From NCBI GenBank assembly GCA_028532855.1, contig JAQQAL010000044.1, positions 14,334-78,333 of the forward strand: 64,000 nucleotides of DNA, in the 5' to 3' direction. Origin of the DNA: Candidatus Thalassospirochaeta sargassi (GTDB lineage: Bacteria > Spirochaetota > Spirochaetia > UBA9216). Shown here in pieces: positions 30,276 through 40,488 of this stretch; within the stretch, counting starts at the first letter, position 1, and each line of letters begins with the position of its first letter. Below the pieces are notes generated by a model that was not told where the DNA came from, ran no database searches, and saw only the letters and a program-made list of their open reading frames with translations. The translations under genes were made by a program, and so were the position numbers.

Positions 30276-30395
30276 ACTATCCTATAACCGGATTATTTAA
30301 TGATGCTTCAGCTTTGCATTATTTTTTTTTTGAGATATACTCAGATTGTTCAGATTTGAGCATAAATTATAATTTTTTAGACAAATGAGGCGCAT

Positions 30396-32219
30396 ATGTG
30401 TGGAATAGTTGGATATTGCGGAGAAAAAGATGCTGCAGGAATCCTTGTTGAAGGTTTAAAAAGACTAGAATATCGGGGGTATGATTCATCAGGAATCAGT
30501 GTCGGATATAATGATAAATTATCAATAATAAAAAAGAAAGGGAAGATCAGTAATCTTCAGGCAGCTGTTCCTTCAGATATGCCCGGAACCTTTGGAATCG
30601 GCCATACAAGATGGGCGACACACGGAGAAGTTAACGATCTTAACGCTCATCCGCATTCGGATAACAGCGGGAAGATTACTATCGTACATAACGGAATAAT
30701 CGAGAACTATATTTCAATCAGAAAGAAACTGAAAGATGAAGGTGTGAAGTTTATAACTGAAACGGATTCTGAAGTAATAGCCCAGCTTGTCTCAAAATTT
30801 TATGAAGGTGATCTTGAAAAGGCTGTAAAAGAAGCTCTGAAGCATCTTAAGGGAACCTACGGCATTGTTGCCATACATGCAGATGAACCCAACCGCCTTA
30901 TCGGAGCAAGAAACGGTTCTCCGCTTGTGCTCGGTATCGGAGAAGGTGAAATGTTCCTCGCCTCTGATGTTACAGCCATGATATCCTACACAAAACAGGT
31001 TGTTTATATGGAAGACGGTGATGTAGTTGTAGTTGATAAGGATGGTTTTAGAACAACTGATATTCGCGACAATGAACGCGATAAAGAAATCAGCACAGTC
31101 GGCTGGGATGTCGGTGAAATGGAGAAAGAAGGCTATCCAACCTTCATGGAGAAAGAAATCTTTGAACAGCCTCAGGCTGTACTCCGCGGTATGAAAGGGC
31201 GTCTGGATCCTGATCAGGGCACAGCAAAACTCGGCGGACTTAACATGACCAACCGTGAGCTGCGAATGGTTAACCGGGTAATAATTCTTGCTGCCGGCAC
31301 CTCGTCCTATTCAGCAATGACCTGTGCCTACCTTCTTGAAAAAATCGCCCGTATACCTGCGAGCGCCGAGCTCAGTTCGGAAATAAGATATAAAAACCCG
31401 ATAGTTGATCCCGGCACCCTCTATTTTGTGGTCTCGCAGTCGGGCGAAACCGCCGATTCCCTTTACGCAATGAGAGAGCTTCAAAGAAAGGGTGCAACTG
31501 TCCTTGGGATCTGTAATGTTGTAGGCTCAACAATACCCCGTGAATCTGACGGCGGCGTATACATTCACTCGGGACCTGAAATTGCCGTCGCCTCAACCAA
31601 AGCTTTCACCTCCCAGCTTACAGCAATGTATCTGTTCAGTCTGATAATGGCACGAATGCGCGACATGTCTATCTCAAAAGGTAAAGCCTTTGTGGACGCG
31701 TTGAGTATGGTTCCAGAAAATATCAACAAGGTTCTTGAGCAGAATGAGTATATAAAAACCATAGCTGATAAGTACGCCGACTGTCATTCATTTTTCTTTC
31801 TGGGCAGAGGATTAACCTATCCGATAGCTCTTGAAGGCGCACTTAAGCTCAAAGAGATTTCCTATATTCATGCAGAAGGTTATACCGCCGGAGAACTTAA
31901 ACACGGACCGATAGCCCTTATTAATGAAGTTACTCCATCAGTATTCCTTGTGCCGGACGACAGCCTGCGGGAGAAAATTATTTCGAACATGAAGGAAGTA
32001 AAAGCTCGAAAAGGCCCGATAATTGCTGTTGCAGTTGAAGGAGACACCGATGTTGCAGATATCGCCGATGAGGTGATATATGTACCGAAGGCCCATGAAC
32101 TTATGTACCCCTTTTCGATGGTCGTTGCCCTGCAGGTTTTTGCCTATCACACAGCAGTAGCTCTTGATCGAAACGTCGATCAGCCCCGTAACCTGGCTAA
32201 GTCGGTTACGGTGGAATAG
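30396..32219 (+). CDS. glmS: Glutamine--fructose-6-phosphate aminotransferase (isomerising).
   Basis: MCGIVGY starts with the catalytic Cys after the initiator Met, RLEYRGYDSSGI follows, and there are two SIS domains. Length 607 aa. Confidence 0.95.
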   Translation: MCGIVGYCGEKDAAGILVEGLKRLEYRGYDSSGISVGYNDKLSIIKKKGKISNLQAAVPSDMPGTFGIGHTRWATHGEVNDLNAHPHSDNSGKITIVHNGIIENYISIRKKLKDEGVKFITETDSEVIAQLVSKFYEGDLEKAVKEALKHLKGTYGIVAIHADEPNRLIGARNGSPLVLGIGEGEMFLASDVTAMISYTKQVVYMEDGDVVVVDKDGFRTTDIRDNERDKEISTVGWDVGEMEKEGYPTFMEKEIFEQPQAVLRGMKGRLDPDQGTAKLGGLNMTNRELRMVNRVIILAAGTSSYSAMTCAYLLEKIARIPASAELSSEIRYKNPIVDPGTLYFVVSQSGETADSLYAMRELQRKGATVLGICNVVGSTIPRESDGGVYIHSGPEIAVASTKAFTSQLTAMYLFSLIMARMRDMSISKGKAFVDALSMVPENINKVLEQNEYIKTIADKYADCHSFFFLGRGLTYPIALEGALKLKEISYIHAEGYTAGELKHGPIALINEVTPSVFLVPDDSLREKIISNMKEVKARKGPIIAVAVEGDTDVADIADEVIYVPKAHELMYPFSMVVALQVFAYHTAVALDRNVDQPRNLAKSVTVE

Positions 32220-32417
32220 TTTTAGACAGTCGGGGATTGCATCAGACAGCTATCCTCGACTTTTCTCTTATATAAGATTTCCCAATCATTTCAATCCGTT
32301 GCTCATTCTGCCCAGAATGTATTATTATGATATCGGTACAAACTTGATAATGTCAGAGCATCCCTTAAACATTATGGAAAATAGAAAAAAAATATTATAA
32401 TTAAACGAGATGATATT

Positions 32418-33941
32418 ATGAACAATCTAATTTTACCGATGGAAATTGCCTTTATTCTCGTTTTTTCCTCAGCTATGATTTTCTTCCTGGCCTCATGGAC
32501 ATATGGAAGGAGAAAAAAAGTTGCGGGGGCTTATGAATTATCATTTTTCCTTTTTGCTACAGGATTATATTCCTCCGGCTACGCGCTTGAGATAACAAGT
32601 TCAACACTAGAGGAGGTTTTCTGGGCTTTGCGTCTGCAATTCATCGGGCTGCCATTTCTTTCGTTTTCCTTCCTGGTCTTTTCACTGAGGTTTGTCGGTG
32701 GCAAAACCCTTCCCGGTATTGTAAAGCGATTATTGTTGGTTATCCCTATTGTAACTACGGTTCTAGTTTTGACTATTGAAAAACATAGTTGGTTCTATCG
32801 TGACGCATATATCTCTTTTTCCGGCCGCTTTCCTGTGCTCGAATATGAACCCGGCCCCTGGTATGGCGTAAACTTTTTATATTTAATAATTATTTCGTTG
32901 ATTTCAGAGTTTGTGCTGGTCTACGGGGTAGTAAAATCCCGATCTGTTAAGCGGAAGCAATGCATACTTGTTCTTATCTCGGGAATCCTTCCGAGTTCTT
33001 CAGGTATATTAACTCCGGAAAGATTTTACGGTATTGATCTTCAGCCTTTCATGCTTACCGGTACATGTATATTAATTGCCGTCGCACTGTTTCGATACGG
33101 TATGCTTGAACTGGTACCGCATGCCCGGGATACAGCTGTAGATTCAATTGATGAAATGCTGCTGGTAACTGATTCAGCCGGCATATTACTTGACATGAAT
33201 GCTTCAGCAGCGAAATCAGAGTTATTCGGGGAGATAAAGGTTGGAGATCCTCTAAAACTTTTCAATGAATTCGCGTCCCGCTCAGATAAAGAGGGCGAGG
33301 CTGTTCGGCACAGGTTTGAATTCGGCGATAGAACATATGATATTCATATGCATCAGGTCGACTCCGGAAGTATCAACAGGGGGGGCTGGGCGATTATCAT
33401 CCGTGATATTACCGAAATTTTTAGTTTAATGAATAAACTTGAACACCAGGCAATTTATGATGACTTGACAGGTTTGTTTAACAGAAGACATATAATGGAA
33501 CTCGCCAACCGGGAATTAGATATTGCCCGTCGCGGCGGCAGGACTCTGACTGTTATACTGATGGATATTGATAAGTTCAAGGATATTAATGATACATATG
33601 GTCATATCACCGGTGATACAGTTTTAAAAGAACTCGGCAGGGTTCTTCACAAAGCCATGCGTGTATCCGACCAGGTTGGACGCTATGGTGGAGAGGAATT
33701 TATTATTATCTGCCCCGAAACAAATCCCGATGCCGGTATTGCGGTTGCCGAGAGGCTTAGAGAATCCATTGAAAAAATCAGCTTTAATTTTGAGGGTGAA
33801 AAAGTAGTGGTAACGGCAAGTTTCGGTGTATTTACAGCCGCTGTAGATTCGGAGGCAATTCTTGATCCCTTTCTTGCAAATGCCGACAGGGCTTTATACA
33901 GGGCAAAAGAACTCGGGCGCAACAGGGTTGAAACGATATGA
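32418..33941 (+). CDS. Membrane-bound diguanylate cyclase (multi-TM sensor, PAS-like, then GGDEF).
   Basis: GGDEF domain: LTGLFNRRH...DIDKFKDINDTYGHITGD...RYGGEEFIII (GGEEF active site). N-terminal about 6 TM helices. Confidence 0.9.
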   Translation: MNNLILPMEIAFILVFSSAMIFFLASWTYGRRKKVAGAYELSFFLFATGLYSSGYALEITSSTLEEVFWALRLQFIGLPFLSFSFLVFSLRFVGGKTLPGIVKRLLLVIPIVTTVLVLTIEKHSWFYRDAYISFSGRFPVLEYEPGPWYGVNFLYLIIISLISEFVLVYGVVKSRSVKRKQCILVLISGILPSSSGILTPERFYGIDLQPFMLTGTCILIAVALFRYGMLELVPHARDTAVDSIDEMLLVTDSAGILLDMNASAAKSELFGEIKVGDPLKLFNEFASRSDKEGEAVRHRFEFGDRTYDIHMHQVDSGSINRGGWAIIIRDITEIFSLMNKLEHQAIYDDLTGLFNRRHIMELANRELDIARRGGRTLTVILMDIDKFKDINDTYGHITGDTVLKELGRVLHKAMRVSDQVGRYGGEEFIIICPETNPDAGIAVAERLRESIEKISFNFEGEKVVVTASFGVFTAAVDSEAILDPFLANADRALYRAKELGRNRVETI

Positions 33942-35776
33942 CTTCTCTCCGGGACAAAATAATGCGTAAATACGAGAACTCGGATTTGATTATCAAGCGA
34001 AAGATTACAGCTTTCGCTATAGCACTGACTACGCTTATTTTCGGATTGAGCGTCTATCTGCTGTTTCAGATTATTACGGGAACTCCATACCTCAGTGATT
34101 TGAATTTTATCTGGCTTACTATGTTGTTGTTGGTAGGCTCTTTCTTCCTGTTCTCGAATGGACATTTTTATCTATCGGCTAATCTCGTTCTTTTTTTAAT
34201 GCTGGGGGTTACAACGCTGATTGTATTCAGAGCTGAAACCCTGAATGAACTTAAAATATATAATCTTGCTTTTCTGCAGTCAATTGCGATTATCTTCAGC
34301 ATTCTTGTTGCGGAGAAACGGCGTCAGATAATTCTTGTCGGTTGCGGATCTTTGACGGCGATTACGTTTTTTCTTATATTCAGACTGCTTCCGGTGGCGG
34401 TGTCGGCTGAACCGTATATATCAACCTTTGTAACAACCGCGATCTTCATTTTGATGGAATCCTGGATCGGGGTGCAGGTTTATAATCTTCTTAATTCAAC
34501 ACTTGAAGAAATCAGGCTCAATCTTGAGCATGATGAGTTTACTAATCTGCCGAACGACAAGATGATGAATCGGATGATCATGCATCAAAAAGTATGGGGT
34601 GATAACTTCACCCTGGTCTTTTATCATCTTGTGAATCTGACAGAGCTTGTATTGATTTTTGGAGTGTCCAATGCGCATAAGGTTTTGGGGGAAGTCGCGG
34701 AGATAATTAGGACGAACTATGAATCTGATGTTTTTGCTGTTTCAAATGATGTTGTCTGTGTTGTGTCCTCTCATGGCAGAACCCGAACTGGGGAAATAGA
34801 CAAGTCAGTGCATAAAATCCTGATGGATCCTATCGAGTGTTTGTCATTTAAAGTACGTGTAAAATATAATAGTGCAATAGTTGAGTCTTCAAGATGGACG
34901 TTCGCTCTGGAAAAGGAATTAAACAAGGGGCTTCTCGCAATTTATCATGCAGGCCAGAAGGGTCTGAGGACTGTAGATTTTCAGAACTCAGGAGAAGATG
35001 ATATGCGGGAGCATCTTAAAATGCTGCTTGACCTCAGTGCCGCAATAGCAAAAGGAAATTTCAAGGTTGTTTATCAGCCGCTTTATAACTCAGAGAAGGA
35101 GATCATCGGATATGAGGCTCTGACTCGATGGATGAGGCCCGGCGGGACTAAGGTCAGCCCTGCCGTTTTTATTCCATTGCTGGAGAAAGCCGGAATGATG
35201 AACGATTTCTTTGCAATGATGTTCTCAATAGTAGTAGCTGATATTACCAGTTATAGTTTTATAACACCCGAGCGCCCTGTTTTTATAAATTTGTCTCAGG
35301 AACTCATAAACAACAATTTTAATTTTTACAGAGTAATTAAAATGATTGATGAAGCCGGGATCCCCAGGTCCGCAATCGGTTTTGAAATAACCGAAACCTC
35401 CATGGCTTCTGATACAGAGAAGGTTCACAAATTAATAATGTTTCTCAGAGAAGGTGGGTTTAAGATAGCGCTCGATGATTTCGGTATGGGCTATTCCAAT
35501 ATCTCTCAGATTTTAAAAGAGTCTTTTTATAAAATAAAATTTGACAGATCCTTGATAGAGAATATCAGTTTTGATGAAAAGAAGTTAAAGCTTCTTGATT
35601 CGCTCCTGAACTTTTTCAATATTTTCGGTTACAAAACCCTTATTGAGGGGGTTGAGACAGTAGAGGAATGGGAACTGCTGAAAAGTTTTCAGTTCAGTGA
35701 GTTTCAGGGATATCATCTATCGATTCCCCTCACCCCCGAAGAGCTTATTTTAGAAGGTCTTTACAACAGCAGTTAG
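33938..35776 (+). CDS. Membrane-bound c-di-GMP phosphodiesterase (TM region, degenerate GGDEF-like, then EAL).
   Basis: EAL domain: VVYQPLYNSEKEIIGYEALTRW, FEITETS, ALDDFGMGYSNISQI and KIKFDRSLI. A 4-nt overlap with the GGDEF gene (ATGA) indicates coupling. Confidence 0.85.
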   Translation: MTSLRDKIMRKYENSDLIIKRKITAFAIALTTLIFGLSVYLLFQIITGTPYLSDLNFIWLTMLLLVGSFFLFSNGHFYLSANLVLFLMLGVTTLIVFRAETLNELKIYNLAFLQSIAIIFSILVAEKRRQIILVGCGSLTAITFFLIFRLLPVAVSAEPYISTFVTTAIFILMESWIGVQVYNLLNSTLEEIRLNLEHDEFTNLPNDKMMNRMIMHQKVWGDNFTLVFYHLVNLTELVLIFGVSNAHKVLGEVAEIIRTNYESDVFAVSNDVVCVVSSHGRTRTGEIDKSVHKILMDPIECLSFKVRVKYNSAIVESSRWTFALEKELNKGLLAIYHAGQKGLRTVDFQNSGEDDMREHLKMLLDLSAAIAKGNFKVVYQPLYNSEKEIIGYEALTRWMRPGGTKVSPAVFIPLLEKAGMMNDFFAMMFSIVVADITSYSFITPERPVFINLSQELINNNFNFYRVIKMIDEAGIPRSAIGFEITETSMASDTEKVHKLIMFLREGGFKIALDDFGMGYSNISQILKESFYKIKFDRSLIENISFDEKKLKLLDSLLNFFNIFGYKTLIEGVETVEEWELLKSFQFSEFQGYHLSIPLTPEELILEGLYNSS

Positions 35777-35816
35777 TCGGGGCATAATTGACTTTTAAAG
35801 TATTGCATAGCCGGAG

Positions 35817-37013
35817 TTGATTTTGAGCGAAAGTATTTTTTTTGAGATTGAGAACGAACTTCACAGAATACTGGATTACTGGCGGAGCCTGGAGGATGAA
35901 CATTACGGCGGGTTTATAGGCCGCGTCAGCCACAACCTGACGGTGGATTATGAAGCTGATAAAAGCGGAATTGCTGCTGTCCGGAATTTGTGGGCATTTT
36001 CCAGGGCTCATCATCTTACCGACGAAACTCACTATCTGAAAATGGCGGAGCATGCCTATGCTTTTTTTGCGAGGCATTTTCTGGATAGCCTCCACGGGGG
36101 CATCTACTGGGGCGCTGATTTTGAAGGTACGATTAAAGATGATAGAAAGCATATTTATCTGCAGGCCTTCGGCATTTATGCCTTAAGCGAATATTATCTC
36201 GCAAGCGGTACCCGGCGAGCACTTGAGCATGCAATGAAGATATGGCATCTGATTGAAGAGAGAGGATTTGATTCAGAGCACGGCTGCTATATGGAAGAGT
36301 TCTCAAGGGAATGGAGGAAGCTCGATAATCAACTTCTCAGTGAGAACGGAGTAAATGCTGAAATAACCGCTAATACCCATCTTCATCTTCTGGAAGCATA
36401 TACAAGCCTGTATCGGGCAATGCCAACCAAGCCGGTGCGGGAAGCTATTGTAAGAATACTCGATATTTTTTCTGATAGAATTTTTTCATCAGAGAATCAT
36501 CATCTCAGGATCTTTCTCGACAAAGACTGGAATGAATTAATCGATCTAAGATCATTCGGACATGATATTGAAGCAAGCTGGCTGGTAGACGAGGCATTGA
36601 AGCTTCTGTCGTTAAAGGAGCCTAGGTATCATGAAATGGTAACCGCTCTTGCTGAGCAGGTTCTTGAATCAGCTGTTGAACCGGACGGCAGTGTTGTTAA
36701 TGAAGCCGAGAATGGGGAGGTTGACCGGAGGAGGATTTGGTGGGTCCAGGCTGAAGCTGCTGTAGGTTTTTTTAATGCATGGGAGAAGACAGAGGATTCC
36801 AGATTTTACGATGCCTTCATAAAAAGCTGGGGTTACATCTCTGACAGTATTATTGACCGCCGCCCCGGAGGAGAATGGCTCTACGGCCGGACCCCTGACG
36901 GCGAACCTATAAAGAAAGATGTCGCGGCATCATGGAAAGCCCCTTATCATAACAGTCGTTGCTGCATGGAGCTGCGCAGCAGGGCTGTTAAAGCAGGTTT
37001 CCTGCGCCTCTGA
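35817..37013 (+). CDS. N-acylglucosamine 2-epimerase (AGE) family protein: cellobiose 2-epimerase, mannose isomerase or YihS-like.
   Basis: An (alpha/alpha)6 barrel is suggested by blocks such as GGFIGRVSHN, GGIYWGADFEGT and IYLQAFGIYALSEYY. Confidence 0.7.
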   Translation: MILSESIFFEIENELHRILDYWRSLEDEHYGGFIGRVSHNLTVDYEADKSGIAAVRNLWAFSRAHHLTDETHYLKMAEHAYAFFARHFLDSLHGGIYWGADFEGTIKDDRKHIYLQAFGIYALSEYYLASGTRRALEHAMKIWHLIEERGFDSEHGCYMEEFSREWRKLDNQLLSENGVNAEITANTHLHLLEAYTSLYRAMPTKPVREAIVRILDIFSDRIFSSENHHLRIFLDKDWNELIDLRSFGHDIEASWLVDEALKLLSLKEPRYHEMVTALAEQVLESAVEPDGSVVNEAENGEVDRRRIWWVQAEAAVGFFNAWEKTEDSRFYDAFIKSWGYISDSIIDRRPGGEWLYGRTPDGEPIKKDVAASWKAPYHNSRCCMELRSRAVKAGFLRL

Positions 37014-37482
37014 TAAAGACTGCCGCTATTATCCCGCTTACCGTAAGTTTAACAATTATGCCCAGGATGGTTCCTGTGAACACAGCCAGAGCGGCTTTCA
37101 GGGGGTTCTGGTTCTCTCTGTTGAATATAGCTTCGCCGGCGAGGGCACCTGTGAATGCGCCAATAATCACCCCAAGGGGAGGGAAGAATATCATACCGAT
37201 TATCATGCCTATGATACTTCCCCAGATGCCGGCCTTGCCTGCTCCCGCTTTTTTTGATGACAATACAGGGAAAATGTTATCAAGTATCTGAGACAGAACT
37301 GCTGCAGCAGCAAGAATTATCAGGGTAGCAGGCTTAAACAGGGTGAATCCCGCGGGGATGGATACCAGGATGAGGGCTGTGTAGCTGAGAACCGGGCCCG
37401 GCAATACAGGGACAACACAACCGATAAACCCGGTTAGCAGTAAAACTGCTCCTAATACAATCATTACAATATCAAAAACCAT
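36988..37482 (-). CDS. DUF456-family small membrane protein.
   Basis: Four TM helices; VLPGPVLSY...GKAGIWGSIIGMIIGMIFFPPLGVIIGAFTGALAGE is typical of DUF456. It converges on the AGE gene with a 26-nt overlap. Confidence 0.6.
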   Translation of the reverse strand: MVFDIVMIVLGAVLLLTGFIGCVVPVLPGPVLSYTALILVSIPAGFTLFKPATLIILAAAAVLSQILDNIFPVLSSKKAGAGKAGIWGSIIGMIIGMIFFPPLGVIIGAFTGALAGEAIFNRENQNPLKAALAVFTGTILGIIVKLTVSGIIAAVFIRGAGNLL

Positions 37483-37755
37483 AAATAGATTATATCACAT
37501 ATAAAGGATAATTTATTATTGATTTACTCATAGGTTTTTATTATAGTAAAAAAGTAATCTTTTTTGTTCCTCCCGGGTTATATAACAGATGTAAACAGGT
37601 GCAGGAGATTTTGAATGAACTTATCCGGTCAGGTTTTGATAAGACGGCTGCATTAATCGACTGGGAGTATGAGGACGGTGAGATGTTGGAGAATGTAATA
37701 ATAACAACGAGGGCGAAATATCAACTCGATTAGAATATTTTTGAGCATAGTTGAA

Positions 37756-38637
37756 ATGCGGACAAAGCTGGTAAGTATGGCTGTTCTTGCCTGTGCGTCA
37801 CTTGCTTCCGCAGTTTATCTGCTGGAGCAAGGCGCTCCTTTCCCCTGGATGAATTGGCTTCTAATGTTGTTTGCCACCCTTGCAGTTGATATGGGAACCA
37901 CGGGTTTTAATACCTATTTCGACTTTGTAAAGGGAGTCGATCGCAAAGAAACAAACCACGAAGAGATGAAGGTTCTTGTACATGAGGGAGTCTCGCCTTC
38001 GCAGGCGTTTCTTTCTTCTATAGTTCTCTTCGCAATTGCCGTTATCCTTGGATTAGCTATTACAATCCGAACAGGCTGGGCTGTAGCAGCTTCAGGTTCT
38101 ATCTGCATGCTCGTAGGTTTTTTTTACAGTGCGGGCCCCAAACCCATCTCTCATACACCTTTCGGGGAGTTATTCTCCGGCGGTTTTCTCGGTTCTGCTC
38201 TGTTCTGCATAAGCTGGTTTGTTCTAACTGATGATTTCTCTGTAAAGCCTTTTTTGTTTTCTGTTCCGTTATGGCTGATGATTTCAGGTATACTGACAGT
38301 TAATAATAATTGTGACCTCGAGAGCGACAAGGCTGCAGGGCGTCGAACAATGTCTATTGTATTCGGTCTAAAAGGAGGGCGCATCCTTTTGTTCTGTGAA
38401 TATATAGCAGCAATTGCCCTGCTTCTTATCATGCAGTACGGGATGCAAATTTATCCGAAAGGAATACCCCTTGTTACACTATCGCTTATCATTTTATTGA
38501 TTGTTGAATTTATTTTTCTGGAACGCAGGGGGTTCAGCTTATTGGTAAAGGGGCCTGCAATGGGAAGCATTTTAAATATCTTTTTAACTGGTGCTGTTCT
38601 TGTCGCTTATCCATTGGCTGTGAATCTGCTGACCTAA
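37756..38637 (+). CDS. UbiA-family aromatic prenyltransferase (MenA-like).
   Basis: 8-9 TM helices. The Asp-rich motif NTYFDFVKGVD matches the MenA NDxxDxxxGxD pattern. ATG 37756 is preferred over the ORF-track TTG 37741. Confidence 0.6.
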   Translation: MRTKLVSMAVLACASLASAVYLLEQGAPFPWMNWLLMLFATLAVDMGTTGFNTYFDFVKGVDRKETNHEEMKVLVHEGVSPSQAFLSSIVLFAIAVILGLAITIRTGWAVAASGSICMLVGFFYSAGPKPISHTPFGELFSGGFLGSALFCISWFVLTDDFSVKPFLFSVPLWLMISGILTVNNNCDLESDKAAGRRTMSIVFGLKGGRILLFCEYIAAIALLLIMQYGMQIYPKGIPLVTLSLIILLIVEFIFLERRGFSLLVKGPAMGSILNIFLTGAVLVAYPLAVNLLT

Positions 38638-38806
38638 GACTTTTGAACATCAATTAGCTGCATGCAATGACATTTTCCGCTTTTTTTAGCTGATTTTTGA
38701 GTTCGGAATCTATAGCTGTCATCATTATAATTATATAAGAGACAAATACTATTTAAAAACGATTACTGCTGTTGATCGAAAAAACTTAAAGTGTTAAATA
38801 GAGATT

Positions 38807-39418
38807 ATGACGCTGTATACTGCAATTATAACCCTAATCCTGATTATGGATCCATTCGGGAACATACCGCTGTTTCTCTCTACTCTAAGCGTGTTCGAGC
38901 CGAAGCGACGAAGATGGATAATACTGCGTGAGAGCGTCTTTGCATTCTTTGTGCTGTTGTTTTTCCTGTATTTCGGTCGTTTCATCCTGCAGGGACTTCA
39001 TATATCGCAACCGGCATTAAGTATCTCAGGCGGAATAATTCTGTTTATAATCGCTATAAGAATGATCTTTCCTGAGAAGCCCGGTGTGGTATCAAGTACT
39101 AATAGTAACAGCGCTGATAGCGAAGAATCCTTTGAAGAACCAATCTTTGTTCCGCTTGCAGTCCCTATGCAGGCCGGTCCATCGGCAATGGCTTACATAA
39201 TTCTGTCATCAAGCCAATACCCTGATCAGCTTCCTATGCTGACAATTGCACTTCTTGCTTCAAGTCTTGTCTCTACAACAGTACTGATCCTTTCTGATTT
39301 TCTAAGGAAGATTCTCGGTAATCAGGCTCTGCGTGCGATAGAACGTCTTATGGGTATGATATTGACGACAATGGCTATACAGATGCTTCTTACAGGAATT
39401 TCAGATTATATCAGTTAA
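38807..39418 (+). CDS. MarC-family (UPF0056) integral membrane protein.
   Basis: TLILIMDPFGNIPLF is the MarC signature (DP.GN.P.F); six TM helices. Confidence 0.75.
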   Translation: MTLYTAIITLILIMDPFGNIPLFLSTLSVFEPKRRRWIILRESVFAFFVLLFFLYFGRFILQGLHISQPALSISGGIILFIIAIRMIFPEKPGVVSSTNSNSADSEESFEEPIFVPLAVPMQAGPSAMAYIILSSSQYPDQLPMLTIALLASSLVSTTVLILSDFLRKILGNQALRAIERLMGMILTTMAIQMLLTGISDYIS

Positions 39419-39459
39419 AATTTTTCGTTTGCTATGGTAAAATTGAGTCAGGTGAAAAA

Positions 39460-39921
39460 GTGAAGTTTGGTATATATATACTGCTGTTAATATTATTTTT
39501 AACCTTTCCAGTCTCGGCCTCGGATGAGGAGCCTGCTATTCTTGTCCGCGGACCAATACCGCATAGGGGCATTGAATATCTCGGGGTTAACGCAATTGAT
39601 TCTCAATACGGTGAATATGTCTATGATGAGCATCGGATATACCTGTATTATACAGATGAACCGATAGTTTTATCGGTTAGCTGGGAAAAAGCTGAGTGCG
39701 GTATTGAAGGTCTAAGCCGGCTGGTGGTATCTGATGCTCAGCCGGTTTACTCGTATACAGACAGCAAGGGCTGGACGGTATTTTTCAGTTTTGATGAGGA
39801 CTCAGGCTACATCTGCAGATTCATTGAACAATATCGAAGCAGACAGAATTATTTTCTCAATATAGCCAGAGACGAAATCGGTTTTTCATTTCCCGCCCTT
39901 CTTGATATTGATCGGGAGTAA
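39460..39921 (+). CDS. Hypothetical secreted protein (153 aa).
   Basis: Signal peptide MKFGIYILLLILFLTFPVSASDEE; GTG start with RBS. Confidence 0.5.
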   Translation: MKFGIYILLLILFLTFPVSASDEEPAILVRGPIPHRGIEYLGVNAIDSQYGEYVYDEHRIYLYYTDEPIVLSVSWEKAECGIEGLSRLVVSDAQPVYSYTDSKGWTVFFSFDEDSGYICRFIEQYRSRQNYFLNIARDEIGFSFPALLDIDRE

Positions 39922-39924
39922 AAA

Positions 39925-40479
39925 GTGAACATTCTTGAAGAGGTTTTAACGCGGGAACATGCTATGCTTATGGCCGTAAATGCTGAGGGGGATCCGGAAT
40001 GCCGCAAGCACGCTGATGAGTTTAAAAAGCATAGGAGTGCTCAGTTTTCAGTCTGGTTTGAAGCGACGCTTGAATCATATCTAGATGATCTCATGGTTGC
40101 GGAAGCGGAAAACAGGAATCTAATGACCTATAAGTACGCCCGTATGGATAATTTGATACCGTCCGAAAACAATGATCCGCTTATTGAAACTATAACTGCT
40201 ATTCAGATAGCATGGCAGTTGGAAATGGCTGAAAAGTATCCAGGGCTTATGAAAAATGCCCGCGGTATTGTTTCCGCCGAAAATTCAGAGCTGTCAGTCA
40301 CATTCGCCGGCTATCTTTCAGCTGAACTTGAGAGTTATTCAGGGAAAACGCTGAAGCTTCTTTTTCAGGATATTGAGGGTTATAAAAAAAAAGGCATTAA
40401 CATGTCTGAAAAGATTTACGAAAAACTGATCGCAGATTTCGGTTACAGCTCACTTGCTGATTTCGAGTCTGCAGAATAA
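39925..40479 (+). CDS. Hypothetical protein (184 aa), possibly DUF4125-like.
   Basis: GTG start with GGAG RBS; tightly linked between the secreted protein gene and the Fe-ADH gene. Confidence 0.45.
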   Translation: MNILEEVLTREHAMLMAVNAEGDPECRKHADEFKKHRSAQFSVWFEATLESYLDDLMVAEAENRNLMTYKYARMDNLIPSENNDPLIETITAIQIAWQLEMAEKYPGLMKNARGIVSAENSELSVTFAGYLSAELESYSGKTLKLLFQDIEGYKKKGINMSEKIYEKLIADFGYSSLADFESAE

Positions 40480-40488
40480 GGAGAGTAT

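Noticed and set aside
30276-30395. Possible glmS ribozyme upstream of glmS
   Set aside because: The 120-nt AT-rich leader lacks the conserved glmS ribozyme core and is too short and unstructured.
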